From an uncultured bacterium (GTDB taxonomy: Bacteria > Babelota > Babeliae > Babelales > Babelaceae), in NCBI GenBank assembly GCA_963848965.1, contig CAWKFG010000004.1, positions 32,001 to 96,000 of the forward strand: a stretch of 64,000 nucleotides of DNA, written 5' to 3'. Shown in pieces: positions 9,701 through 19,521 of the stretch. A model generated the notes under the pieces. That model saw nothing but the letters and a program-made list of their open reading frames with translations, was not told the DNA's origin and did not search any database. The translations under genes were made by a program, and so were the position numbers. Within the stretch, counting starts at the first letter, position 1. Each line of letters begins with the position of its first letter.

Positions 9701-11437
9701 ATGATGTCCCTATGTAAGCATATATGTATGGCATTCTTTCTTCTTGTACCGCTAACTGTGTATCCCCAACAAATACCGGAAGGTTGCGGCAGGATTCCCT
9801 TTAAAAAACATGTACGGTTGCCTAAAGAGCAGATCCGCAGTTCTGTATGTGGACCTCGTACAACATTTATTCCCCGGTCGCCAGGTTCCAATACAGCACG
9901 ACGTATAGCCGGATGGTACGAATATCTCCCTGGATGTGACGATCGTGTATGGGGGAACCTATCACTCACGGTTGAATATGCTCAATCATTTAAGTCAGAA
10001 CGTATCGCTCAGTACCTCTTTGGAAGTACCTGTCTCCATTTTTCAGGAAGTCAGGTACCAAACCGCTCGACAAGAGATCTTCTTGCAGACAACTTTGGGT
10101 TGCCTACTACCTTCGTAGGAACCGTGTGCTTTAAACCTAAAATTAAAAATGTTATTGTCGATCTTATGTTTCACATAGGACTTGATGAATGGCATGAAGG
10201 ACTCTATTTTAAAACCTATTTCCCTATTGTCAACGCTCGCTGGGATATAGGACTACACTGTAACGAAATAAACAATCAATCACGTACTACATTACCAACA
10301 TTCCCGCCATGCTATATGGATACTGCTACATCTCCTGCAGTACAAAACATTCGAGAAGCACTTTCAGGAACTGCTACCTTCGGTAACGAAGCAGTGCCCA
10401 TTATGTTCGGCGAATTTGCATGTGACCACGTACACAAAACTGGTATAGGAGATATCGAGATGATTCTCGGATGGAATACTCTTCTTACTCCCACTGCTCA
10501 TGCAGGGCCGTATATCATCACCGTGGTCCCTACAAGTAATAAGCCGAACGGCACCGTCGTGTTTGAACCTCTACTGGGTAACGGACATTTATGGGAACTC
10601 GGAGCAGGAGCTTCTGCACACTATACCTTCTTCCAAAGAGGATGTCATACTGCAGGCCTCTATTTTGAAGGGCATGTTACGCACCAATTTAAGGATTTTC
10701 AAGTACGATCATTTGATCTGAAAAAGCATGGACCACTCAGCCGCTATCTTCTTCTTAAAGAGTTCGACGAAAATAACCAATATAATAATAACCTCGTCAA
10801 TACTATAGACTTTGCTACTCGCTCAGCTCGCGTTGGGGGCAGCTTTAAAGTAGATGCTTCTCTTAAACTCGCTTATTTCCATGGTGGACTAGGCTTTGAT
10901 ATCGGTTACAATATCTATGCACGAAGCCGTGAATCGCTCTGCATAGATCGATTTCTCTTCCCTTCAGATTTCAACAATGACCGCCTAGGCATAAAAGGAA
11001 CTGAAGGAGTATGTGCACGTGTCTTTAATACAAACACTAATACACTGACCAACGATACAGTACCCCTTAACTCTACACAAAGTAATGCTACTATACGACA
11101 ACCAGGCACCGTCGATAATCCGCAACCTATTACCGACCTGGCGCCCGGCCTCGTTGCTATTACTTGGGATAGCCCACTCGATCGTACCCAACTTAAACAA
11201 GCATTCAACTCTAATCCGCCGGTCCTCATCTCAGTTAACGAGCTCAGCCGACGCAGCGGTGCAGTACCAGCACAGCTTACACACAAAATCTTTGCTCATC
11301 TGAGCTATGTAGCACTCGACTGCTGCTGGGAACCACAATTTGGCTTCGGTGCCGAAGCTGAATTCGATGGCCGCTCCAAGTTCCTCAGTAGCCTCAACCA
11401 ATGGGGCATCTGGGTCAAAGGCACCCTATCATACTGA
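9701..11437 (+). CDS. Cys-rich secreted putative outer-membrane beta-barrel protein, paralog 1
   Basis: Signal peptide; family motifs PRSxGxNTAR, FSGSQV..LLADNFGL, GNGHxELG, RSFD..GPLSRYLLLKEF, THK, NQWGIWVKGTLSY (C-terminal aromatic residue). Confidence 0.6.
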   Translation: MMSLCKHICMAFFLLVPLTVYPQQIPEGCGRIPFKKHVRLPKEQIRSSVCGPRTTFIPRSPGSNTARRIAGWYEYLPGCDDRVWGNLSLTVEYAQSFKSERIAQYLFGSTCLHFSGSQVPNRSTRDLLADNFGLPTTFVGTVCFKPKIKNVIVDLMFHIGLDEWHEGLYFKTYFPIVNARWDIGLHCNEINNQSRTTLPTFPPCYMDTATSPAVQNIREALSGTATFGNEAVPIMFGEFACDHVHKTGIGDIEMILGWNTLLTPTAHAGPYIITVVPTSNKPNGTVVFEPLLGNGHLWELGAGASAHYTFFQRGCHTAGLYFEGHVTHQFKDFQVRSFDLKKHGPLSRYLLLKEFDENNQYNNNLVNTIDFATRSARVGGSFKVDASLKLAYFHGGLGFDIGYNIYARSRESLCIDRFLFPSDFNNDRLGIKGTEGVCARVFNTNTNTLTNDTVPLNSTQSNATIRQPGTVDNPQPITDLAPGLVAITWDSPLDRTQLKQAFNSNPPVLISVNELSRRSGAVPAQLTHKIFAHLSYVALDCCWEPQFGFGAEAEFDGRSKFLSSLNQWGIWVKGTLSY

Positions 11438-11444
11438 TATCCAA

Positions 11445-11476
11445 AGAGCTCTGCACCCTGCAGAGCTCTCTTTCTT
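11445..11476 (+). terminator. Rho-independent terminator
   Basis: AGAGCTCTGCA-CCC-TGCAGAGCTCT followed by CTTTCTT, just after the 11437 stop. Confidence 0.75.
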
Positions 11477-11859
11477 TAGGGGCGCTGCCCCTATAACCCC
11501 GCTGGGGTCTTAACCCCAGACCCCTTTTACTTTCGTTCTTTTTCTGCGTTAAAAAACGCTCAGCGTTTTTTAACAATAGCAGTCCCTTCGGGAATCTCCA
11601 TCAGAGGTGGAACACACCTCTGCTGATAACACTCTGTTTACAGAACTATTGTTGGTATGAAATACCAAAGAATAAAACGTAAGTCAGCAACGGGCAACCA
11701 GGGAGTTCCCCTGGTTGCTTGACTTCGCGGAGCGACTGCTATTGCAAAAAATCGGTACGATTTTTTGCTTTAAAAGACAAGCGAGGAGCTTTAGCTCTGA
11801 AGCTATAAAGTGGGTTGCAAGGGTGTGCCCTTGCCGGGGTCTTAGGGGCAGAGCCCCTA
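11477..11859. repeat. 383-bp non-coding element with imperfect ~53-bp terminal inverted repeats and many nested hairpins
   Basis: Left end TAGGGGCGCTGCCCCTATAACCCCGC..., reverse complement of right end TAGGGGCTCTGCCCCTAAGACCCCGG.... Internal hairpins GTTAAAAAACGCT-C-AGCGTTTTTTAAC, CAGAGGTG-GAACA-CACCTCTG, TTGGTAT-GAA-ATACCAA, GCAACCAGGG-AGTTC-CCCTGGTTGC, GCAAAAAATCG-GTA-CGATTTTTTGC. Long-range pairing AATAGCAGTC/GACTGCTATT. Confidence 0.85.
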
Positions 11860-11966
11860 CCAGCTAGTTAAGAGAAAGCAAATTGGAGATTCACGTAAGA
11901 TCAGCAAAGTGGTAGACTAGGGCACGATACTCAAAAAGAAGCAACACCAACAAAGGGGGTCCGCTC

Positions 11967-13958
11967 ATGAAGCGCTCTGTTAGACATCTTGTCAGTGCAG
12001 TACTGATTGCAGGAACTATTCAAGCAGAAAGCCAGTTTGTCTTTGTGCGTGGCGACACAGTAGAGCCGTGTGGCGACTCTGTGTTGCCCTGTGTCGTGCA
12101 GGATATCTGCACAACGTGTGGTACCAAGTCGTGCATCTCCTGCGCAAAATGTACGTCGCAGTGTGCCCCTTGTAAGCGTCAGAATGGACTCTGTAATACA
12201 GGATGTTTTACCTGCAGCGTTTGCTCGACACGGCTGGGTATCGAAAGTAATGGCATCTGTGTCCAGTGCAATAAGGGTGGCAAATTACCAGATGGTAGGC
12301 TTGGGACCAAGACATGTAAGCAAGAGTGTACTACAACGTGCAATACTGTACGATCTATTTTTATTCCAAGGTCTGTAGGAGCTAATACAGCAAGAGAACT
12401 TGCAGGTTGGCAAGAGTTTATCCATAGATGGTCTCCTGGGAGAAATTATGTGACGGTTGCTCATAGTTTAGGTTATTCGAGGTCCTTTGATCCTGAACGT
12501 ATTGCACGGTACCTCTTTAGTGACTGTACACTGATTTTTTCTGGTAGCCAAGTCAGAGAGAGAAGAGATTGTGAGTTGCTGGCAGATAATTTTGGGTTAT
12601 CTCCGAGTTTTAGAGGACAACTGCGTGTGAGTCCGGTTATCGACAATGTCTTTTTTGATACACAGATCTTTGTAGGGCTTGACGAATGGCTCTGCGGTCT
12701 CTATGTAAGAGCCCATGCTCCGCTAGTGCATACGAGGTGGGACCTGAGGATGCACGAGAAGGTAGAAGAGCAAGAGTGTCCGCCCTTTCCTGCTTGTTAT
12801 ATGGGCCCTGATGAAGCAAAGGCAACTTGTAGCATTGTAAGGGCATTGAGTGGCACCTTTAGATTTGGAGATATGCAAGAACGATGGAAATTTGGCAAAT
12901 TTGCAGGTTGTGGCCTTTCAAAGACGGGGCTAGCAGATATTGATCTTATTGTAGGGTGGGACTTCTTAAAATGCGAGAATTATCATATAGGTATATTTGG
13001 ATTAGTGGTGGCACCAACGGGAAATAAGCCTAAAGGCGAATTTATTTTTGAGCCGGTTATAGGTAACGCAAAGCATGTTGAGCTGGGTGCTGGACTCTCG
13101 GGACATCTGGTTTTGTGGCAGGAAGGGCTTGATCAGTCATTGAGCATTTATCTTGAAGGTAATATAACGCATATGTTCAAAAATAGACAAGTACGTTCGT
13201 TTGATTTGTGTAGACAAGGGCCTTTAAGTAGATATTTGCTTTTAAAAGAATTTAGAAGAGAAGGTGAAGAGCTTATACCTACAGGAAGAATAATCAATGG
13301 TATCAACTTTGTAACTCGGGAAATAGAGACGTGTGTTCCAGTAAAAGGAGACGTAAGTGTAAAGCTTTCTTTGAGAATACCGTGCATCGCAATTGATCTA
13401 GGATATAATTTCTATGGCCATGCGCAAGAGCGGATAAAGTTTTGTAGAGCAGGAGGTGAAAGTACTTTTGGCATTAAAGGAACTGAAGGAACCTGTGCTC
13501 TTGAATATCAAACAGTGGGCACTCAACAACCATTGTCTTTTGGTTCTCTTGTAAAAAAGATACCGCTTAATGCGACACAGAGTAATGCAACTATTACAAG
13601 TGCAGGCACTACCGATAATGCAAAGAAAGTTGCAGTAAATTCTCCTGAAGATATTGCAGTAACTGCATTTAGTAGGCAAAGCGGCTTAATTGTAGGGCCT
13701 GATATTCAAGAAGCTTTTGCTTCCAATCCTCCGGTATTGCTCTCTGATAAAGATCTTAATAAAGATTCTGGTGCTGCTGGCCCAACAGCAACTCATAAGG
13801 TTTTTGGCTATATTGGTTATACGTTTGAAGATGCATGCAGATGGTATATCCCGTATGTTGGAGTAGGTGGTGAATTTGAAGTTGATGCACTTGCTTGTAA
13901 TGAACGAACGAGTCTTAATCAGTGGAGCTTGTGGATCAAAGGTGGTATCTCATTTTAG
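11967..13958 (+). CDS. Cys-rich putative outer-membrane beta-barrel protein, paralog 2 (extra N-terminal CxxC-rich segment)
   Basis: Same family motifs; ends NQWSLWIKGGISF; CTTCGTKSCISCAKCTSQCAPC...CFTCSVC...CVQC insertion. Confidence 0.6.
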   Translation: MKRSVRHLVSAVLIAGTIQAESQFVFVRGDTVEPCGDSVLPCVVQDICTTCGTKSCISCAKCTSQCAPCKRQNGLCNTGCFTCSVCSTRLGIESNGICVQCNKGGKLPDGRLGTKTCKQECTTTCNTVRSIFIPRSVGANTARELAGWQEFIHRWSPGRNYVTVAHSLGYSRSFDPERIARYLFSDCTLIFSGSQVRERRDCELLADNFGLSPSFRGQLRVSPVIDNVFFDTQIFVGLDEWLCGLYVRAHAPLVHTRWDLRMHEKVEEQECPPFPACYMGPDEAKATCSIVRALSGTFRFGDMQERWKFGKFAGCGLSKTGLADIDLIVGWDFLKCENYHIGIFGLVVAPTGNKPKGEFIFEPVIGNAKHVELGAGLSGHLVLWQEGLDQSLSIYLEGNITHMFKNRQVRSFDLCRQGPLSRYLLLKEFRREGEELIPTGRIINGINFVTREIETCVPVKGDVSVKLSLRIPCIAIDLGYNFYGHAQERIKFCRAGGESTFGIKGTEGTCALEYQTVGTQQPLSFGSLVKKIPLNATQSNATITSAGTTDNAKKVAVNSPEDIAVTAFSRQSGLIVGPDIQEAFASNPPVLLSDKDLNKDSGAAGPTATHKVFGYIGYTFEDACRWYIPYVGVGGEFEVDALACNERTSLNQWSLWIKGGISF

Positions 13959-14147
13959 AGAGGGGTTTATATAAACCCCCTCTGTTCTTGTTGACAATAA
14001 AGCTTAAACCGTATTTTTCGCTTCATCGGGCAGATTACTGTCTAGCATGTCTATGGATAAACTTTTATTCTTTACTCTTTAAAGCTTCTCTTCTTTTAAA
14101 AACCTGATAAGCTATCGGGAAGTATGAGGTTTAAAAAAGGAGAATTT

Positions 14148-16091
14148 ATGAAATACCTGTTACATATAATGCTCTGCTCTTCTCTTTTTACCAGCATGTA
14201 TGGTGCAGACAAAAAGAAGGTTGATGAGTGTAATCGTGCATGCCCTGAAGTTATTAACCGCCGGCTTCCTCGCAATAAAACGTGTGATGTTCGTTGCTCA
14301 AATCAGTGTTTTGATTGTGGCACTACCATTTTTCTCCCTCGTTCACAAGGAGCTAATACTGCACGTGAGCTTGTCGCTTGGCAAAAACAGTTGCATACCC
14401 CCTACTATGTAGAAAACTATGTAACACTTGCTGCAACTGCTGAATATACACGATCTTTCAAAGATTGCCAACTTGCACAACGGCTCTTTTGCACCAATTG
14501 TCTTACCTTCTCAGGTAGCCAAGCTGCAAACAGAAGAAATGAGCAAGAAATTATAGCAGATTATTTTGGGTTACCTACCGATTTTAGAGGAACTCTTTCT
14601 ATTAAGCCTTTTATAGAAAACTATATAGTTGATCTTAATATGTTTTTTGGCCTTAGTGAATGGCTTCCTGGTCTCTATCTGAGAGTTCATATGCCCATTG
14701 TACATACTCGGTGGAGTCTTGGCCTTGATGAATGTTTGCCATGTGCAGATAAATTTAGGGGTTCAAATAATTTTCCTCCTTGCTATATGTTTAGCAATAC
14801 AGCTCCGGACGTACCGGTATTTACGCCAGGCAATGTAACGTGTGCTATAGAAAATGCTGTTAATCCTCTGCAGGTTTTAAATAACCCTCTTCAGCCCCAA
14901 ACTTCTGGTGCTCTACAATTTACCAATAATAATTGTACAACGCAGAGTATTCGAGAAGCATTGAGCGGCAACTTTACGTTTGGTGACATGCAAGAACGTT
15001 GGAACTTTGGACGATTTGATTTCTGTCCTCGCAAAAAAACAGGTCTCGCTGACGTTGATATTATTCTGGGTCTTGATTTTTGGCAGTCTGATTTTGGCCA
15101 TTTTGGAGCGTTTGCACAGCTTGTCGTTCCTACTGGAAACAAGCCAAAATCAAAATTTATTTTTGAACCTATTATAGGAAATGGCCGCCATCTTGAATTA
15201 GGAGGTGGTGTGAGTATGCATTGGTCTCTGTTCAGTGATCATTGTACCGGAGGACGTAATTTGGGTCTTTATATTGAAGGAAATGTAACCCACTTGTTTA
15301 CTAATGACCAAATTCGTTCATTCGATTTTAGACGAAACGGTCTTTTAAGTAGGTATATACTTCTTAAAGAGTTTGATATTAATAATAGGTATCTTGGTAG
15401 AACTATTAATGCTATTAATTTTGCTACTCGTAATGCTGATGTCTCTATTCGATATAAGGTAGATTTTTCTGCTAAACTTGCATTTGCTCTAGGAGGATGG
15501 AATATAGATCTTGGTTATAACATTTATGCACGAGATCGTGAATGTGTTTGTATAAAAACGGAATGTCCGTGTGACATCGATCAACGACGCTTTGGCATTA
15601 AAGGAATTGAAGGAGTATGCTGTGACAACTTTATGATAATGGACGGTATGGTTATGCCAATACCACCCAATGAAAGCGCTCCTACAAAGTTAGTCAATGC
15701 AACGCAACCAGGTGCTACGATGTTTAATGCAGTACTGCCAACAAGCGGTCCAGTACCATCAGCTACTGCAGAAGAAGTATGTCTTGGTTTTAACAGTAAA
15801 GAGATTGGACAGCAGATGATCCCCGTTGCCGATCTTACTCCTGAAAATGGTTTCATTATTGCAAGAAATGAGCCAGTGCGGATTATTTCTTGTAGAGATT
15901 TAGATCCAAGCTCTGCAGCACAATGCAGTATCCTTACTCATAAAGTTTTTGGTCATTGGGGATATATATGGTACAACTCCTGTTACCATCCTCATTTAGG
16001 CATTGGTGCAGAATTTGAATTTAATGGAAAGAAACCGGAGAGTGGACTTAATCAATGGGGTGTATGGCTCAAAGGTGGTATAACTTTCTAA
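14148..16091 (+). CDS. Cys-rich putative outer-membrane beta-barrel protein, paralog 3
   Basis: ATG 14148 after AAGGAG; same motifs; ends NQWGVWLKGGITF. Confidence 0.6.
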   Translation: MKYLLHIMLCSSLFTSMYGADKKKVDECNRACPEVINRRLPRNKTCDVRCSNQCFDCGTTIFLPRSQGANTARELVAWQKQLHTPYYVENYVTLAATAEYTRSFKDCQLAQRLFCTNCLTFSGSQAANRRNEQEIIADYFGLPTDFRGTLSIKPFIENYIVDLNMFFGLSEWLPGLYLRVHMPIVHTRWSLGLDECLPCADKFRGSNNFPPCYMFSNTAPDVPVFTPGNVTCAIENAVNPLQVLNNPLQPQTSGALQFTNNNCTTQSIREALSGNFTFGDMQERWNFGRFDFCPRKKTGLADVDIILGLDFWQSDFGHFGAFAQLVVPTGNKPKSKFIFEPIIGNGRHLELGGGVSMHWSLFSDHCTGGRNLGLYIEGNVTHLFTNDQIRSFDFRRNGLLSRYILLKEFDINNRYLGRTINAINFATRNADVSIRYKVDFSAKLAFALGGWNIDLGYNIYARDRECVCIKTECPCDIDQRRFGIKGIEGVCCDNFMIMDGMVMPIPPNESAPTKLVNATQPGATMFNAVLPTSGPVPSATAEEVCLGFNSKEIGQQMIPVADLTPENGFIIARNEPVRIISCRDLDPSSAAQCSILTHKVFGHWGYIWYNSCYHPHLGIGAEFEFNGKKPESGLNQWGVWLKGGITF

Positions 16092-16195
16092 ATACGTTAC
16101 TTTTGGTATTGCCATCTCATTATCTTTTGTCTACATTATATAAAACAATTAAGTGGCAGTTGTTTTTGAATCTTATAACAAAAAAAGGAGTACCT

Positions 16196-18031
16196 GTGAA
16201 ACGAGTTCTTTCTTCAATCGTGTATATCTCCTTATTGCTTAGTGCAACGGGAGCTACTGCACGAAATGAGAACAATACAAAGCGATGTAATGATAATTTT
16301 TGTGATGTTCGTACGGCAGTACACTTCCGTTCGCAAGGCGCTAATACTGCACGCGAACTCGTAGGATGGCAATGGGAGCTTAATAAACCTCTTATGTGCG
16401 AATATTATGGTTCTGGATATATCGCCTTTGAATACCAACGTTCATTTAAACCAGAACATCTTGCTCGCGCCTTTTTTGGGTCAACTGCACTGCGTTTTGC
16501 AGGAAGTTTAGTACCTGATAGGCAAAGCAATGAACTACTTGCAGAAAATTTTGGACTCTCAAGAACGTTCAGAGGAAGTATCCATTTCTGTCCGAGTATT
16601 GAGAACTTTATTGTAGATCTCGGTTTCTATTTAGGTCTTGATGCCTGGGTTCAAGGACTTTATTTTAGAGCACATGCTCCCTTTGTACATGCTCGATGGA
16701 AACTTGGAGCAACACAAGTACGTAATAACGAAAATGGTGCAGGAAATAGAAAACCAACATTTGCTCCATGTTTTGTAGGAGAAGAGAGCGATCAGGCCGC
16801 ACAAACTATTGAACAAGCGCTGAGTGGCAATTTCCTTTTTGGAGATTTAAAGACTCGGTGGTGTGCAGGCAAGTTTGATTTTTGTAAACGTACGAAAAAT
16901 GGACTTGCAGATATAGATCTTATTCTTGGTTATAATTTCATTAATGATGATTGTTATCATTTGGGCTTTTATGCACAAGCTGTTATTCCGACTGCCAAAA
17001 AGCGTAAAAATGAATTTGTGTTCGATCCTCTCATCGGTAACGGAAGACACTTTGAGCTTGGTGCAGGTATTTCCGCACATACAGTATTGTGGAGTGGCGA
17101 AGATGCTAATGTAGCACTATTCCTTGAAGGAAATATTACGCATATGTTTAAATCTCGTCAATGTCGCCTCTTTGACTTGAGAAATCACGGTCCATTCAGT
17201 CGGTATCTGCTACTAAAAGAGTTTGATAGTAATGGAACTCGTCTTATTTATAATGGTAATCTTTTAAGCGCTACATGCTTTACTTCACGCGATGTTAATG
17301 TAAGTGTAGATGTAAAAGCAGATTTTTCTTTAAAACTTGCTTACCGGTGGTGCGGCTTCGGTTTTGATATAGGATATAATATCTATGGTCATAGTGCAGA
17401 GACTATTGATCGTCGGTGTGACGGATGTCCAACTGGCATCGATAAAAGACGATTTGGTATCAAAGGTACTGAAAATACTTGTTGCTTCAATTTCCCTGTA
17501 GGCATAGTTTCTGAAAATGATCAAGAAATTCCTACAATATTTCCTGAAGGAGCACCTTTTGAAGTTCCTGTACCTGAAGGATGTCCTGCTGTAGCAAGTC
17601 CTGTAGTAGTAAGAAAAGTAGCAAATAATAGTACGCAAGCAGATGCAACAGCATTTAGACCAGGAGCTACCGTAACTCCTACTATTGCCGCAAGTGCATG
17701 TACTGTATGCTTAACAAGAGCTGACAATGTTATTGCTCCTATAGCAGTTGCAGATCTTACTCCTGAAAATGGATTTATTGTAACGAATACTACACGACCA
17801 ACTATTCTTACTACAAATGACCTTAACTTATGCTCTGGTGAAGCTCTTTCAGTGCTTACTCATAAAGTCTTTGGTCATATATGTTATACTTGGATGGACG
17901 AATGCGGTTGGAATCCACAACTTGGTCTTGGTGCCGAAGTTGAATTTGATGGAAAGCGGCACCGTAATGGTACAGAACGAAATGGTTTAAACCAATGGGG
18001 TATCTGGATAAAAGGTGTTATCTCCTTCTAA
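16196..18031 (+). CDS. Cys-rich putative outer-membrane beta-barrel protein, paralog 4
   Basis: GTG 16196 after AAGGAG; same motifs; ends NQWGIWIKGVISF. Confidence 0.6.
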   Translation: MKRVLSSIVYISLLLSATGATARNENNTKRCNDNFCDVRTAVHFRSQGANTARELVGWQWELNKPLMCEYYGSGYIAFEYQRSFKPEHLARAFFGSTALRFAGSLVPDRQSNELLAENFGLSRTFRGSIHFCPSIENFIVDLGFYLGLDAWVQGLYFRAHAPFVHARWKLGATQVRNNENGAGNRKPTFAPCFVGEESDQAAQTIEQALSGNFLFGDLKTRWCAGKFDFCKRTKNGLADIDLILGYNFINDDCYHLGFYAQAVIPTAKKRKNEFVFDPLIGNGRHFELGAGISAHTVLWSGEDANVALFLEGNITHMFKSRQCRLFDLRNHGPFSRYLLLKEFDSNGTRLIYNGNLLSATCFTSRDVNVSVDVKADFSLKLAYRWCGFGFDIGYNIYGHSAETIDRRCDGCPTGIDKRRFGIKGTENTCCFNFPVGIVSENDQEIPTIFPEGAPFEVPVPEGCPAVASPVVVRKVANNSTQADATAFRPGATVTPTIAASACTVCLTRADNVIAPIAVADLTPENGFIVTNTTRPTILTTNDLNLCSGEALSVLTHKVFGHICYTWMDECGWNPQLGLGAEVEFDGKRHRNGTERNGLNQWGIWIKGVISF

Positions 18032-18036
18032 AGTAC

Positions 18037-18064
18037 AAGGCTCCTCATATGAGGGGCCTTTTTT
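18037..18064 (+). terminator. Rho-independent terminator after the paralog array
   Basis: AAGGCTCCTCA-TA-TGAGGGGCCTT plus T run. Confidence 0.7.
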
Positions 18065-18136
18065 CTATTCATTTTTCTTAAAATACAAGGTATGCTAAAA
18101 AAGCAGTATTTTATTATTACCTACTAAAGGGGGACC

Positions 18137-19189
18137 ATGAACGCTATTCTTTTAAGTTCTCTAGCTTTATCTATCACTTTTTTATGCAGCGCTATGCATG
18201 ATGAATCATCTTCTGGAGAAAGTCATATACAAAGTACTCCACCACGTCATACAAGACGTAAAAGCTTAGATTTTTCACCAAGTGCAAGCCCTTCGTCGCC
18301 TGAGATGCAAGAGCAAGATGTTTTTGAACTCAACTCAAATCTTATACTCAATACTGATCTTCGAAGAAGAGTATATAGCACTATTACTCAAACGAGTGAT
18401 CTACAGTTATCAAGAGCTCTTTCTGACCTTCTTAAAGAGCCCGTAGAAGAACAAGATCAAGATCAAGATTTTGTACAAGACCTTCAATCAGTACTTAAAA
18501 ATAACAAGTCTACATTTAGCAGTGCATATAAACCAAGTAGCCCCCTTAGAAAAGGACTTCATACAGCACTAAGCACAGAAAAACCTCAAGTTACATCCCA
18601 ACGAAGAAAAAAACCATCTGCTGCACATAAAAGAAGCATTTCTTTTGCACCTCATATAGAAGAGCCATCTGTTAGGCCAGAGCCAACACAACCGCTTGTG
18701 CACGAAAAAAAGCCGAGTGAGCCTGCAACACAGTCTCCTTCAATTGCCGCTATACTTAAAGATGCAGTCAAGCCTGCAGAATCACAAAGCACAGAAGTAA
18801 AGCAAAATACACCGGTCACTTCTCAAACTATACCAGCTCAAGCTGCAGAAACGCTACCTGAAATTAAGATAACCGCTCCAACAGAACCGGTTGCACCTGT
18901 AGGCTTAAATCCTACTCTAGCGCAAGAGGCTGCAGAAGTAGCACAGCATGCACATGTTGCTCATACAAATGAAGCTTCTGACCACATAAAAGCTGATCAT
19001 GCAACAGAATCTTCTGCACCGCATGTTCAATCACAAGAACCTCAAGAAGATAAGCATACTGCTAAAGATACTAAGCCCCGCACATGGCTTACCAAAAAAA
19101 GTGTTATAACACTTGGACTTGTAGGCACACTACTTGGCATAGTCGCATATAAGAAATTTTCTGCACAGCAGCACAAAGAAAGAGCATAA
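18137..19189 (+). CDS. Signal-peptide, low-complexity (S/P/E/Q-rich) protein with C-terminal membrane anchor
   Basis: Signal ending CSA|MHD; disordered composition; C-terminal VITLGLVGTLLGIVAYKKF. Confidence 0.65.
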   Translation: MNAILLSSLALSITFLCSAMHDESSSGESHIQSTPPRHTRRKSLDFSPSASPSSPEMQEQDVFELNSNLILNTDLRRRVYSTITQTSDLQLSRALSDLLKEPVEEQDQDQDFVQDLQSVLKNNKSTFSSAYKPSSPLRKGLHTALSTEKPQVTSQRRKKPSAAHKRSISFAPHIEEPSVRPEPTQPLVHEKKPSEPATQSPSIAAILKDAVKPAESQSTEVKQNTPVTSQTIPAQAAETLPEIKITAPTEPVAPVGLNPTLAQEAAEVAQHAHVAHTNEASDHIKADHATESSAPHVQSQEPQEDKHTAKDTKPRTWLTKKSVITLGLVGTLLGIVAYKKFSAQQHKERA

Positions 19190-19215
19190 AAAAAGAGGCC
19201 ATACGGCCTCTTTTT
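19189..19215. terminator. Bidirectional terminator between convergent genes
   Basis: AAAAAAGAGGCC-ATAC-GGCCTCTTTTT. Confidence 0.75.
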
Positions 19216-19459
19216 AGTGTTGCAACGTCTGTACGTAATTGATTACTTGGTCTACGGTAGAAAGCTTTTCAGCTTCCTCGTCCTTTATCTCAATACCAAA
19301 AGCTTCTTCGAGCTCCATAATGATCTTAACGCGATCAAGAGAATCTGCTCCAAGACCTTCGAGCGTCGCATCTGGTGCTATTTTTTCTTTGTTAATACGC
19401 AGCTGCTCTGCAATAATAGCACGTACTTTAGATGCAGTTTCACTGTGATCTAATGCCAT
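19214..19459 (-). CDS. acpP: Acyl carrier protein
   Basis: LGADSLD phosphopantetheine motif; MELEEAFGIEI.DEEAEKL.TV. Confidence 0.95.
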   Translation of the reverse strand: MALDHSETASKVRAIIAEQLRINKEKIAPDATLEGLGADSLDRVKIIMELEEAFGIEIKDEEAEKLSTVDQVINYVQTLQH

Positions 19460-19521
19460 ATCGTTATTCCTTATTTAAAACATACATTGCTAGTAAAGAG
19501 TATCATATTTAAGTACAAGAA

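Noticed and set aside
11477..11859. CRISPR array, tRNA cluster or known housekeeping RNA (RNase P, tmRNA, SRP)
   Set aside because: No repeat-spacer periodicity, no cloverleaf, none of the conserved motifs recognised
13920..14070. DnaA-box-like 9-mers (TGTGGATCA, TATGGATAA)
   Set aside because: Only two imperfect matches, one inside a coding region; not enough to call oriC
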